Numbered from the stretch's first letter, positions 37,591 to 51,159 are shown. The stretch: 64,000 nt of DNA from Heterodontus francisci (GCF_036365525.1 NW_027140807.1:1-64000), one strand, 5' to 3'. The notes: generated by a model from the letters alone, not told the origin. Program-made: numbers and translations.

Positions 37591-38234
37591 TGAACTCTCT
37601 CCAGCTTCCGGGTTAATTTATTATTTTGCACCATTCTGCAAAAGCAAACCCGCTGTTAAAACCTCAACATACTGAGTTTCACCTCCTCAAAGAACAGACC
37701 TGATTAATACAGCACCTCCACCAGCGGTGTGAGGATATCACAACATGTCATTGTGAAGCCTTCTGTTCTGAAAACTGTCCCTCACTTGATCACATGAAGT
37801 GAGCACCAGATCTCCCGTTTTCCACCAGGAAACAGGGAACATGGGGGGCAAATGTTACTTTACACTTGGCACGATACATGTGGGAGTTGTGCTAAAGTCA
37901 GGATGGACATTCAGGCTCTCTCCTAGTTTCCTACAAACACCTGGGACTATGTAATTGTAAAATAGAAACTGGAAATCTACAAACTGGCATCTGGCTGCAA
38001 CTATTTCAAGGTTGGACTGATATTAATGTCACTTAATGACCCCAAAAGGATCAGATTTAAAGATCATCTACCTGATATCAAATCATTGATTTGTTTGACA
38101 TTGCCAGAATATTTTGTGTGAAATAGTTGAGAAGTGAAACATTTCAGAAGCAGCCAAGTTGACCTGTTGAGCTGCTGTGGGTAAAGCTCACTCTGTCTGA
38201 GCATGTTCTGGGCAGCGGCGACACTAGAGTAACA

Positions 38235-38248
38235 CTGGCACCTAGTGG
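38235..38248 (-). promoter_or_regulatory. Candidate CTCF site, D-facing (duplicate of 33671)
   Basis: CCACTAGGTGCCAG with upstream TGCAG. Confidence 0.55.
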
Positions 38249-39695
38249 CTTCACGTGCAACTGCAAGCACCGATTCTGCAGGCGTTTCAGTCTCAGACTC
38301 TAAAATTGTATCAGTCATTGGCTTTGTCATCCTACTCGACTCCCGTTTGCGCTTGTGGCATAGAACCAGATGGAAGTTAATGCACTCTTCCGCGCCATTC
38401 GGCCAGACAGCTCTCTGCTTCACTCAAGCCGCAACCAGTCAAATACATTTTGAAGTGCAGTACTGTTGTACTGTCGGGAAGGAGGCAGACAAGCTGCAAG
38501 ATCAAGTGCAGGGATATTCAGAAAGAACAGGGAGTGGGAGTAATTGGACAGGGAAGATGAAAACGAGGGATCATAAATGTAAGGTTGTCCTTAATAAATC
38601 CAATTGGGAATTCAGAAGGAGGTTCTTTAACCCAGGGAGCGGTCAGAATGTGGAATTCGCGACCAACTGGAATGGGTTGAGGTCGAATAGAGACAATACT
38701 GTTAAGGGGGGAGCTCAATAAATACATGAGTGAGAAAGGAATAGGAGAATCTGTTGATAGGGTAGGATGAAGAGAGATGGGAGGAGGTCGCTCTTTCGAA
38801 CAGCCAGGCCAGGATCGATGGGCTGAATGGCCTGGATTTGTCCTGCATTATTCTATGATCCAATAAGACCCATCAACCTGCTGCCTTGTTTCAGGGCCAA
38901 GACAGTTTCATTCCCCACCCACACCTCCCGCCCCCCCCTTCCCCCACTTGTACTAAACGGGAGCTAAAGGGTTAACTTCTTCACCACACTGAACTCCAGT
39001 CATTGTGAAAATTCTTCAAAAGACACCGAGAGACTGAGAGACAAGTGGGTTAACAGTTTTGAACAGATGCTGAAGCCGCCGTCTGGAGGCAGGTGTTCCA
39101 GTCAGAGACGGATCTGGAGAGGTTTCTCGCCTTTGCACTGTATGAATCATCAGAGACATGATTAAAGGTTCCAAGATCAACCATTTCCTATTTGTATAGA
39201 CTTGTGTCCATTAGAGTAATGAGGGTAAGGGGAGATTTTAAAGATGTTGTCAGAAGTGTCTTGATAGAGAAACTGTATCCAGAGGGTCGTATCTACTGTC
39301 AGGAGGGTCGATAAACCAGGGACCAAAAATTGAAGGTAATTGGGAAAGGAACCAGAGTGGGAGATGAGTGGAATCTTTCTCCTCCGTGAATTGTTATCAT
39401 GTGGAGGACACTGACTGAAAGGGCGGTGGAAGACCATCCAATCGTAACTTCCAGATGTCAATTGGAGAAGTAGATGAAGGGGAGATTTCTTAATGTAATG
39501 GAGAACTGGTCAGTGAATGGGAACTGGTCAGACAACTCTGTCAAAGAGCCAGTTCATTCAACAGTAGACATAGAAACTGACAGATCGTCAGAGTGTTAGA
39601 ATGACACCCCAGATAGACAGGTCTATCTCCCACAAGTGAGCTCTGACAATGTCTAGAGTTTTTGCTGAACTCCGGCGCCTTTCTGAATCACTGTG

Positions 39696-40314
39696 CTGAC
39701 TCCAGGCACAGTAATACACGGCTGATTGATTCACCCACAGGCTGGAGGACTCCAGGTAAAAATGGGTGTTTTCGGGTCTCCTGGCGGTGAAACCGTCCAC
39801 CTCACCTGAGGGGTTGACCGTTCCGGCGTAGCTGGAATAGAAAAGGTCCTGAGGCTCACGGTCCAGATGCCATCGGTACCAGTAGAAATAGGAGCCTGCT
39901 GTTGCTTCTGTGTAAATACATTGGATCCTGACTGGAGAGCCTGGGGAATGGGATATGGAAGCGGGAGTCTGTTGGATCAACACAGCCCCCACATCTGTAA
40001 AACAGAGAGGGAGAGAGAGAGAGAGAGAAATAGAGAGATAAACCCAGGGACAATGTCCATATCGTTACCAACAAGAAGAGGTAGAAGTGGGCAGACAGAC
40101 AGAGATAGAGAGAGCGGTGGGGACCAGTTAGAGGCAGAGAGGCAGAGAGAGAGAGATGAGAGACAGAGAACGAAATATGGAGGGAGAAGGAGAGAGACAA
40201 AGACAGCCAGAGACTGAGAAGCAGAGACACATGTACATCATTGTAACCTCACAGTTCAGGCACCTCCTTACCCGTTAACACCAACAACACAACCCAGAGC
40301 TGAGACACAGCCAT
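39696..40314 (-). CDS. TRBV: TCR beta V gene V4 (family B): leader 40272-40314 (MAVSQLWVVLLVLT), V exon 39696-39994
   Basis: Paralogue of V3, open frame; 23-RSS heptamer 39689-39695, nonamer 39657-39665. Confidence 0.93.
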
Positions 40315-41579
40315 CTCTGGAGGGTGAAGGATCCGTGTGGTTTTATATGAAATGACTGAGCACTTGTATTGTCGAGTACCCCAAAGTTCTGGGTACTGAC
40401 TGGAATTTATAGCTTCCGTCTCCATCATCTTCAACACTTGCCTATGCGGAGCCAAGCTTTCTTTCTTTGCTCATGGGCTCACCGAGGACTCGTCATTTCT
40501 GGGGAGGGACCAATGTTTGACCCTCAGCTCATCGGTTTCTGGGCCTGCAGTTCTGTTTCATGTCTTTGATAGTTGCAGAAGGGAAGGGAGCAAATGTGAT
40601 TTAAACTATCTTCTGTGGTGGAGAGGTGATTAAATGAGCGGGTGTGTTGGGATCATCAATACCTTCAATACTCCCCTGATCATAACCACATTCATCCTGA
40701 CACCATCCTCACACTCATCATTACCATCTGAGGCCACATTGTCACCCTCCTCCCGACCGCCAGCATCTGTGTCAGCCTCACCCTCAGCAGCCTCATAACC
40801 ATGAAAAGATGCTCACTCCACCATCATTATCAAGCTTGTTCTCTTCCAATTGTATCTGAATGTATTCAGTGATGGGATGTGTGCATTGCTGGGAGGGTCA
40901 TTTCAGAAAAGCTGAGATGTTACAAGAGTAAATGTTCACTTTCTTTCTTAAATATCCATCAGGACTCGGTAACAATGGAAATGTTAAAGGTTAGACCAGG
41001 AGTGGGGTGACAAGTTAACTATTCCATAGATGCACTTGACATGAAGTGAGGAGACCATGGATGGAATGGGAAACATTCCAATGTGTGTGGATTGAATGAG
41101 CAGTGGTGTGGTCCAGCATCGCACCCCAAACCTTCTGGATAGGGTTCTGGGACTTTTTGGAACCTTGTGTGTTACAATGAACAGCTTCTCCCACACCTCC
41201 ACATAGCTGAAATCCCTCACGCCCGGTCACCTCCTTGTAAATCTCCTTTGCACCCTCTGCATCCTCCCAACAATGTCATGTACAGAAGTGGACGTAGCAC
41301 ACCGGTTGAAGCCAAAACAGGCTTTTTATAAAGGGTTTAGCATCAATTTGTTGCGTTTGTGTTGCATTCAAAATTGTGTGCGTTAATTCTGCTTAATCAG
41401 GGAAAATAGTATGAAACATGCATTTCGGTACGACATTTTTGCTCGGTGGATTTGTTTTGACTTACCTGCAGTTTTTTGGCACTAATGTGTCAGCCTTTTT
41501 CTTGGCTCCAGTCTGTGGAGTGGGTCCTTCTAACTCAGAGAGGACAGTTCTACCCACTCAGGCAGCGCACGTTGAGTCT

Positions 41580-42130
41580 TGAGTACCTCACCTCCTGACT
41601 CCCCAAAGCCTGTCCACCATCTATAAGGTACAAGTCAGGAGTGTGTTGGAATACTCTCCACTAGAGTGTGGCTCCAACAACACTGAAGAAGCTCGATACC
41701 ATCCAGGACAAAACAGCCCGCTTGATTGGCACCCCATTCACAAACTTTCACCCCTCCACCACCGACGCACAGTGGCAGCAGTGTGTACTATATAGAAAAT
41801 GCACTGCAGCAATGCACCAAGGCTCCTTCGACAACACCTTCCAAAACCACGACCTCCAACACCTAGAAGGACAAGGACAGCAGATGCACGGGAACATCAC
41901 CAACTGCAGGTTCTCCTTCAAGCCACATGCCATCCTGACTTGGAACTATATCGCCGTTCCTTCACTGTCGCTGGGTCAAAATCCTGGAACTCCATTCCTA
42001 ACAGGACCGTGGGTGGACCTACCCCACATGGACTGCAGTGGTTCAAGAAGGCAGCTCACCACCACCTTCTCAAGGGCAATTTGGGATGGATAGCAAATGT
42101 TGGACTGGTCAGCGATGCTCACATCTCAAT
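41580..42130 (+). mobile_element. LINE 3' end fragment sharing its tail with the local SINEs
   Basis: YKVQVRSVLEYSP...APTTLKKLDTIQDK...KSWNSIP...FKKAAHHHLLKG motifs. Confidence 0.7.
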
Positions 42131-42520
42131 AAATAATTATTTTAAAACTATAAATGAACAGAAGCTGCTTCTTTCGGCAGAAGGCAACCAGGAGACATTG
42201 ATTAAATGTAACTGGCAGATGAATAAGTGGGGGGAGGGGGGAGATGTGATGATTTGTTTAAGCAGCGAGTTGTTATGATGTGGCTAGCACTGTCTGAAAG
42301 GGTGTTGGAAGCACCTTGAACATGAACATTCAAAAGGCAATGGATTGCACACGTGAATGGAATCAATGTGCATGGCTATGGGGAAGTAGCAGGGGGGAAG
42401 AGCATAAACTGGACAGTTCTTTCAAATAAGCCAGTACGGGGGAGATGGGCCGAATGGTCTCCTTCTGTTCTGTTATCCAAGATGATTCCATGAACTGGTT
42501 GCAGAAAATGAGCAGTCAGT

Positions 42521-43008
42521 CTACTGCTGCCCCCTGCCGGTGGAAGATGAGCACTGAGATTCAATCTACTGCTGCCCCCTGCCGGTGGAAGATGAGCACT
42601 GAGATTCAATCTACTACTGCCCCCTGCCGGTGGAAGATGAGCACTGAGATTCAATCAACTGCTGCTCCCTGCCGGTGGAGGATGAGCACTGAGATTCAAT
42701 CTACTGCTGCCTCCTGCCGGTGGAAGTTGAGCACTGAGATTCAATCCACTGCTGCCCCCTGCAGGGGGAAGATGAGCACTGAGATTCAATCTACTGCTGC
42801 CCCCTGCCAGTGGATGATGAGCACTGAGATTCAATCTACTGCTGCCCCCTGCCGGTGGAAGATGATAACTGAGATTCAATCTACTGCTGCCCCTCTGCCG
42901 TTGGAAGATGATAACTGAGATTCAATCTACTGCTGCCCCCTGCTGGTGGAAAATGAGCATTGAGATACAATCTGCTGCTGCCCCCTGCCGGTGGAAGATG
43001 AGCACTGA
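42521..43008 (-). repeat. 45-bp tandem array (11 copies), each carrying a CTCF-like motif, immediately 3' of the V5 RSS
   Basis: Unit ctactgctgccccctgccggtggaagatgagcactgagattcaat; minus strand reads CCGGCAGGGGGCAG; copy 10 is CCAGCAGGGGGCAG (42933-42946). Confidence 0.9.
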
Positions 43009-43067
43009 ACTCCTGTTCATCCGCTGCAGGTTTTTGCAGCTGAGTATCCGCTTTCTCAAACACTGTG

Positions 43068-43934
43068 CAATACTACAAGCGCAGAAATAAACAGCGGTGT
43101 GAGATGGAGCGGCGTCTCTCAGTGCCAAAGTAAACAGCGTATCGCTGGCTCTGACTGCCTTAAGTGACTCGGACGTGTAATTGGTAACAGACCCTTCTGT
43201 AGCAGAATAGAACAGAGCTTCCAGTGCCCTGTCTGGTTGTTGTCTGTACCAGTACATATAGGAATTGGCAGTATTGGTCAGCGTGCATCTGAGTGTTGTC
43301 GACCCTCCTGCTGCAATCGATAGGATCGAGGGTGACTGTTCCACATAGGAGGAGAGTATTCCTGTGGAATGGAACATCGATTAGATTATTATTTCAGTCA
43401 ATAATGGATTGGAGCAGGGGCTGCATTGCAAGAAAGAAAGGGCTTACATTAATATAGCGCCGTTCAGGACCTCCGGACATCAGAAAGTGCTTTGCAACAA
43501 ATGCAGTTACTCCATCAGTACTGCCTATTCGACAGTGCAGCAGTCCCTCAGTACTGCCTCTGCGACAGTGCAGCAGTCCCTCAGTACTGCCTCTGCGACA
43601 GTGCAGAACTCACTCTGTACTGCCTCTGCGACAGTGCAGCACTCCCTCAGTACTGCCTCTGTGACAGTGCAGCACTCCCTCAGTACTGCTTCTGTGAAAG
43701 TGCAGCACTCCCTCAGTACTGCCTCTGCGACAGTGCAGCACTCCCTCAGTCCTGACACGTGGTTTGTCAGCCTTGACATTGAGCTCAAATGTTCTGGAGT
43801 GAGACTCAGACACAGGAGTGTTCCGGACAGAATCACCCCTAACATTACAATACATTATTCGACTCTGTTTCTGACTTTGACTTACGTGGGAACAGGGCAG
43901 GCATCAAGATTAGACAGAGAACTTCGTGCAACAT
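43068..43934 (-). CDS. TRBV: TCR beta V gene V5 (family C): leader 43886-43934 (MLHEVLCLILMPALFP), V exon 43068-43361
   Basis: LRC...WYRQ...AVYFCACS; 23-RSS heptamer 43061-43067, nonamer 43029-43037; GTAAGT donor; intron carries SINE-derived 33-bp repeats (43510-43750). Confidence 0.93.
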
Positions 43935-45347
43935 GATTTCTTCATTCGATACTAACTCGATGTGTGAACGTGTGGAGTTTTCAACAACACACTTGCAGGC
44001 GGTTTCTATATTGTATCCAATTAAATACCCAGCATCCGGTTGTCATTGTGATTGGCAGTCACTTACTGCGACACTCTGCTCCTCCCCATTACTTTACATA
44101 GCAATGTTGTTGAATGATACAACACAGGAGGATAGGGGGAGATTGAATAGAGGTGTTCACATTTCAGAAAGGGATTTGATAGAGTAGAATTCAGGGAAGC
44201 AACCCTCTATACCCAGAGAGTGTGCCCATCCCTTATTGCCCCTGAGAAGGTGATGGTGAACCATCTTCGGGAATACCTGCTGGGCCATATCAGGGCGCAG
44301 TTAACAGTCAACCACATTGCTGTGGGTCTGCAGTCACATATAGGCCAGACCGGGTAGGAATGGCGGATTTCCTTCCCTGAAGGTCATCAATGAAGACGTT
44401 GGGTTTTTAAGACACTCCATGTTCAGGATTACTCATACTTTCCATGACAATTTTTTATTTATTTAATTAATTGAATTTAAATTGCATTTCTGCCCCGGTG
44501 GGAATTGAACTCAAGTCTGGGGATCATCAGTCCAGGCCTCTGGATTACTAGCCCAGTAACATTACTGCCCTGCTGCCGAACCTCTGTGGTGAATGGGAGT
44601 TAAATGGTTAAATTGTTCACTGGTCTGAACTGCTGGCTGCTTTGAAGAACACATTAAATGTGACTCGAGTCTGAGGTGAAAGTGGGTAAAGAGTTTTCAG
44701 CAGCTTCTGAACTCGCTGTCAGGAGGCAGGTGTCCCAGAGATGAAGTTATCTGGAGAGGGGTTTCGCCTTTGAACAGTGTGAAACAGCGCTCAGATGGTT
44801 AATGGTTCTGTGCTGAGTTAGTTCCTGTGCATTGGGGGGTTGTTCGCCTCTGTTTTGTGAAGGTTAGAGGGAGATTAACCAGACTGGTATCAGGGATGAG
44901 GGACTTCAGTTACTGTGGAGAGACTGGAGAAGCTGGGGGTTTCTGCCCTTAGAGCAGAGAAGGTTAATTAGATGTGATACAGATATTGAAGATCACAGAG
45001 GATTTTGATAGATAATTGATGAGAAATCACATCTTCTACTGGTCAATATATAGAAAATCTATGAAAAGATGGTCATTCATTACATTACTGCAGTATGTTT
45101 AATTAGTTCAAACAAACTGTAATTACCTAAAGATAGAGTTAGATAGATAGAGAGACAGAGAGATAGATAACCAGGTAAAGAGATAGATAGATAGAGAGAC
45201 AGAGAGATAAACAATCAGGTGGACAGATAGATATGAACAATAAGCTTCAATCTACTGCTGCCCCCTGCCAGTTGAAGATGAGCACTGAACTCCCGTTCAT
45301 CCGCTGCAGGTTTTTGCAGCTGAGGATCCGCTTTCTCAAACACTGTG

Positions 45348-46215
45348 CGATACTACAAGCGCAGAAATAGACAGCGGTGTGAGATGGAGCGGCGTCTCTC
45401 AGTGCCAAAGTAAACAGTGTATTGCTGGGTCTGTCTGCCTTAAATGACTCGGACGTGTAATTGGTGACAGACCCTGTTCCAGCAGAATTGAACAGAGCTT
45501 CCAGTGCCCTGTCTGGCTGTTGTCTGTACCAGGACCATGTAGGATAGCCAGTATTCTTCAGCGTGCATCTGAGTGTTGTCGACTCTCCTGCGGAAAGCGA
45601 TAGGATAGAGGGTGTCTGTTCCACATTGGAGGCGAGTATTCCTGTGGGACGGAACATCGATTAAATTATTATTTCAGTCAATAATGGACTGGAGCAGGGG
45701 CTGCATTACAAGAAAGAGAGGGCTTACATTAATATATCGCCGTTCAGGACCTTAGGGCATCAGAAAGGGCTTTGCAACCAATGTAGTTACTCCCTCAGTA
45801 CTGCCTCAGCGACAGTGCAGCACTCCTTCAGTACTGCCTCTGCAACAGTGCGGCACTCCCTCAGTACTGCCTCTGCGACAGTGCTGCACTCCCTCAGTAC
45901 TGCCTCTGTGACAGTGCTGCACTCCCTCAGTACTGCCTCTGCGACAGTGCAGCACACCCTCAGTACTGCCTCTGCGACAGTGCAGCACACCCGCAGTACT
46001 GCCTCTGCGACAGTCCAGCACTCCCTCAGCCCTGACACCTGGGGTGTTAGTTTTGACTTTTAGCTCAAGTGTTCTGGAGTGAGACTCTGACACAGCAGTG
46101 TTATGGAACAGAATCACCGCTGACATTACAATACATTATTCGACACAGTTTCTGACTTTGACTTACGTGGGAAGAGTGCAGCCATCAAGATTAGACTGAG
46201 AACTTCATGCAACAT
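45348..46215 (-). CDS. TRBV: TCR beta V gene V6 (family C): leader 46167-46215, V exon 45348-45641
   Basis: Tandem duplicate of V5 at 2280-bp offset, open frame; 23-RSS heptamer 45341-45347, nonamer 45309-45317. Confidence 0.93.
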
Positions 46216-46639
46216 GATTTCTTCATTCGATACTAACTCGATGTGTGAACGTGTGGAGTTTTCAACAACGCACTTGCAGGCGGTTTCTATATTGTATCCA
46301 ATTAAATACCCAGCATCCGGTTGTCATTGTGATTGGCAGTCACTTACTGCACACTCTGCTCCACCCCATTACATTGTGTAGCAATGTTGTTGAATGATAC
46401 AACACAGGAGGATAGGGGGAGATTGAATAGAGGTGTTCACATTTCAGAAAGGGATTTGATAGAGTAGAATTCAGGGAAACAACCCTCTGTACCCGGAGAG
46501 TGTGCCCATCCCTTATTGCCCTTGAGTTGGTGGTGGTGAACCATCTTCGGGAATACCTGCTGGGCAGTTAATAGTCAACAACATTGCTGTTGGTCTGGAG
46601 GCACATATAGGCCAGACCGTGTAAGAACGGCATATTTCA

Positions 46640-46918
46640 CTATGTTCACTATGGAGAAGGATGATGTAGGTGTAGATATCAGGGAGGGGGGTTGTGATAT
46701 ACTTGAACATATTAGCTTTTAAAGGGAGGAGTATTAGCTGTTTTCGCAGTCTTAAAAGTGGATAAGACCGCAGCCCGGATGAGACATATCCCAGGCTGTT
46801 ATGTGAGGCAAGGGAGGAGATTTCAGGGCCTCTGACACAAATTTTCAATTCTCTCTGGCCACAGGAGTGGTCTCAGAGGACTGGAGGACAGCGAATGTTG
46901 TACCATTATTCAAGAAGG
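46640..46918 (+). mobile_element. Internal CR1 LINE fragment
   Basis: YPRLLCEAREEI...EDWRTANVVPLFKK remnant; absent from the paralogous segments at ~44.3 and ~61.7 kb. Confidence 0.7.
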
Positions 46919-48303
46919 ACACTTGTGCTCTTCTGAACTCGCTGTCAGGAGGCAGGTGTCCCAGAGATGAAGTTATCTGGAGAGGGATCTCGCCTTTCAA
47001 CAGTGTGAAACAGCGGTCAGATGGTTAAGGGTTCCGAGCTGAGTTAGTTCCTGTTCATTGGGGGGTTGTTCGCCTCTGTGTAGTGAAGGTTAGAGGGAGA
47101 TTAACAAGACTGGTACCAGGGATGAGGGAGTTCAATTACTGTGGAGAGACTGGAGAAGCTGGGGGTTTCTCTCCTGAGAGCAGAGAAGTTTAATGGTCGA
47201 TGTGATACAGATATTGAAGATGATAAAAGATTTTGATAGATAATTGATGACAAACCACATCATCTACTGGTCAATGTATAGAAAATCCCGGAAATGATGG
47301 TCATTCATTATATTAGTGCAGCATGTTTAATTAGTTCATACAAACTGTAATCACCTAAAGATAGAGTTGAATATATAGAGAGACAGAGAGATAGATCACC
47401 AGGTAGAGAGATAGATTGGTATCGAGAGAGGTAGAGAAATAGAGAGTTGGAAGGAAAGTCAGACAGGTAGAGAAATAGCGAGCTACATGGAGAGACAGTC
47501 ACTGCCCCTGTAAAAGACAGGAATGTTAATTCGCATTCTACCATTTTACGCCAGCTTTGCAGCCAGTGGTAGAGTGGGGAATAGAGAGAGAGGGAGCGAC
47601 AGAGATGGAGAGAGTGGGATGGAGAGAGAGGGATGGAGACAGAGGGATGGTTAGAGAGGAATGGAGAGAGAGGGATGGAGAGAGAGGGATGGAGCGAGAG
47701 GGATGGAGAGAGGGAGCGACAGAAAGTTATTGATAAGTCACGAACTCATTGAAGGGCGGAGTGTTTTCGAGGTGATGAATGTTCTCCTTGTGTTCCCAGG
47801 TCACTTAAACTGTGTTCCAGACTCTGATGTTTATCATGGTCCAACAGCGCACTCTGCTGTCCCTTTGGAGAAAGAAAACGCAGTGAAATAAAACCACACC
47901 GTATCTATCTATCTGTCTATCTGACTGTCTGTCTGTCTTTCTGTTTTTATCTGATCTTCATTTCAGATATTAAAATCTTTAATAATCTCCCTTAGACCGC
48001 TTAAAGTTTACTCTTGTCTTCTCCTTTCTGGAGAAATAATCCCCCGATGTTCAAACTTTCTTGATAACTTTAACCTCTGTGTTCTGATATCATTCCTGTA
48101 AAGTCTATTTCACAATTCCCCTGTGTTTCAATATCTAACCACTCAATTTCTATTTAAATCCGCCCAGTCTTCTTGTGAAAAACATGTTCCCAATGATAAA
48201 AACACCCAACAGGACGCAGCACCGCCTGGTTTTATCTGAAACAGGTATTTCCTGCTGCCTTTGGGGTTTTTGTTGAACTGCTCCATCGCTCTGAGTCACT
48301 GTG

Positions 48304-48759
48304 AAGACTCCAGGCACAGAAATACACGGCCGAGTGATTCTCCCACAGGCTGGAGGACTCCAGGTTGAACTCGTACTCATTCGGTCTCTCAGCGGTGAAA
48401 CCATCCACTGTCCCCTCTGGATCCACATAGTTAGCAGTATTGGAGTAAAACATCAACAGCGGCTCCTTCCCCGGCTCTTGTCTGTACCAGTACATGTTGA
48501 AGTTACTGCGGCTCCCCTCCACAGTGCACCTCAGTTCCACTCCTTTCCCGGGAAATCTGGAGACAGCGGCGGGAGTCTGGCGGATAGTCTGTGAGTTCAC
48601 ATCTGGGAGAGAGATGGAGAGAGGAGGAGATCAGTAAACAGGGAACATCTGGGAATGAAAGGGAGACAGGGAGAGGAGAGGAAGGTTATTAACGATAATC
48701 TTTGTATTTCATACTCACTTACAATGAAATAGGATTATCAGACACAGTAACTGATACAT
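48304..48759 (-). CDS. TRBV: TCR beta V gene V7 (family D): leader 48723-48759 (MYQLLCLIILFH), V exon 48304-48602
   Basis: LRC...WYRQ...AVYFCAWS; consensus 23-RSS heptamer 48297-48303, nonamer 48265-48273. Confidence 0.93.
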
Positions 48760-48946
48760 CTTTCACTTCAACTTGTTCTCTTAATAGACACAGGAGTGAG
48801 ATCAGGAGCTTAGACTCTTGTGAGGGTCCAAATCCACTCTTTACAAATCATTGGGAGGAACATGAAGAGCATTAGGAAGTGATACAATGTTGGAGACGCC
48901 CATTCCCCCAGGTCAACAAATCAGAATTGAATTGGCTGCCAATCTG

Positions 48947-48995
<49 letters not shown>

Positions 48996-49914
48996 CTATC
49001 AGAGTTTACCTTCCGCTCTCTTGCACTCCCTCTCTGTCTCTCTCTCTCTCTCACCTCATGTGTCTCGGGATATGTCTCCCACTCTCTTCCTTTCTTAGAC
49101 TCTCTCTCCCTCTCTATCTCAGTCTATCTTCACTCACTTTCTCTCTCTGACTCTCCCTCTCTCCTCATATATCTAAGGTTATGTCTCCCATTCTCTCCTT
49201 CTCTCTGACTCTCCCTCTCTCATACTCTTGTTATCTCTTTAGTTATTTCCCTTTCTCTGCCTCTCTCTAGATCTATCTCCCTATCCATCGCAGGCTCTTT
49301 ATCACAGTCTCTCTTTCTCTCCGTCTCTCTCTCATTATGTGTCTCTTGCTGTCTCACTGTCTTTGCCTCTATCTCCGTCTCCCTCTCTGTCTCAGTCACT
49401 TTAACTCTGTCTGTCGTTTTTCCTCTCACTCACTGAACCTCGCTCTCTCTTTCACACACATGCACTCTCGTTCTCTCTCTAAAGGAGTGGGTGTCCTTGT
49501 CCTGCTAATGTGTATCAAGCTGGATCGACATGATCTCCTGCTATCTTAGTTGTCTCACTAAATCCTTCTCAAAGCCATTGTCTGGTCCATGGTCCTGGAT
49601 CCCCCTCTGCTGTCCCTGTGGAGAAGGTAAACACAGGGTCAGTGCATAAAAACCCAGATTATTGTCATTGATTCCTGATAGTTACATTCTGAGATCTCGT
49701 GACATCCTCATTAATCATTCATTGCACCCTCAGCAGTACCTGTTAATCTAGTGTGTCACTACAATCATAACTCAACTCTTTTTTTTGTAACAAACACTTT
49801 CACTCTGCATAAGGAAACAACAGGTAGAGGCACCGAACGGTTTTATCCCCCACAGGTGTTTCCTGCTGCCTTTGGGATTTTTGTTGAACTGCTCCATCTC
49901 TCTGAGTCACTGTG

Positions 49915-50399
49915 GTCTTTCCAGGCACAGAAATACACGGCCGAGTGATTCTCCCACAGGCTGGAGGACTCCAGGTTGAACTTGGAGTCAGTCGGTCACT
50001 CGGCGGTGAAACCCTCCACCGTCCCCTCTGAGTCCACCCTTTGTGCAGTTAGGGAGTAAAACATCAGTTGCAGCTCCTTCCCCGGGTATTGTCTGTACCA
50101 GTACATGTAAGGGTTACTGGTACCATCCACGGTGCATTTCAGCTTCACCTGCTCCTCAGAACATCTGGAGACAGTGGCGGGAGTCTGGAGGATAGTCTGT
50201 GAGTTCACATCTGGGAAAGAGACAGGGAAAGGAGGAGATCAGTATACAGGGAAATTCAGTCCAGTGGGGAGAGAGAAAGAGAGAGAAGGAGAGAACGAAA
50301 TAAATAAAAACATATCCTAAAGAAATGTTAAGTAGAATTATTGTTTCAATAAAATCCCTTACGGTGAAACAGGGTGATCAGAGTCAGTAACAGATACAT
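49915..50399 (-). pseudogene. TRBV: TCR beta V pseudogene V8 (family D): leader 50363-50399, V exon 49915-50210
   Basis: In-frame TGA at 49996-49998 (FTAE*PTDS); otherwise intact to YFCAWKD; RSS heptamer 49908-49914. Confidence 0.88.
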
Positions 50400-51159
50400 C
50401 TTTTACTTTAAGCTGCCTTCTGAATCTGCAAAGGGGAGACAGCAGGAGTGATGAGTGTTGTCAATAACCAACCCACTCTTTACAAATCATTGGGAGGAAC
50501 AGGGAGAGCATTAGGAAGTGATGCAGAGATGGTGACGTTCATTTCCCACATCAACAAATGAGAATCGAGTTGGTTGCCAATGTCCCACTTTCTCTCTCTC
50601 TCTCTGTCTCTCCCTGTCCTTTACTTGTGATGCTCCTTTCTTCCTCTCTGTCTCTCTTCTATGCCTCCCTATATGTCTCAGTCTGTTTATTTCAGACTCT
50701 CTCTCACAGATACACACACATTAGGTCTCTCTCTCTGTCTTTGTTTGTCTCTCTCGCTGTGTGTGTGTGTCTCTCTCTCTCTCTTTGTCTCTCTAAGGAT
50801 GTGGATTTCCTTCTCCTGGTCATGTATATCAACCTGGAGGACTGTATGTTCTCTCACTGTTTCAGTTTTCCTGTGAACTCCTTCTCAAAAACCATTGTAC
50901 ATCACATGGTCCTAGAGCTTCCTCAGCTGTCCCTGTGGTCAAAACATAAACAGTGTCAGTCTATAACGGCCCCAGTCCTTTTATTGTTATTCTTTCCTGA
51001 TAGTTACAATCCTGAGATCACGGGATATTCTTATTCAATGAGTTGGAAGATGAATGGGCACGGATACAAAGCTGTGCATGTGTGTGCGTGTGTTTTTCAC
51101 TCGCTCTGTCTTTAGTTCACTGTCTCCCTCTGTTTTAGTGCTTACTGTCTTTCTCTCCC

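Noticed and set aside
42445-42918. 157-aa repetitive ORF
   Set aside because: Translation of the 45-bp array; the signal is at DNA level
48301-48594. GDSGG serine-protease-like motif in + strand ORFs (also at 52241 and 54483), tempting because trypsinogens flank TRB
   Set aside because: These are antisense readings of family-D V exons; no other protease motifs are present
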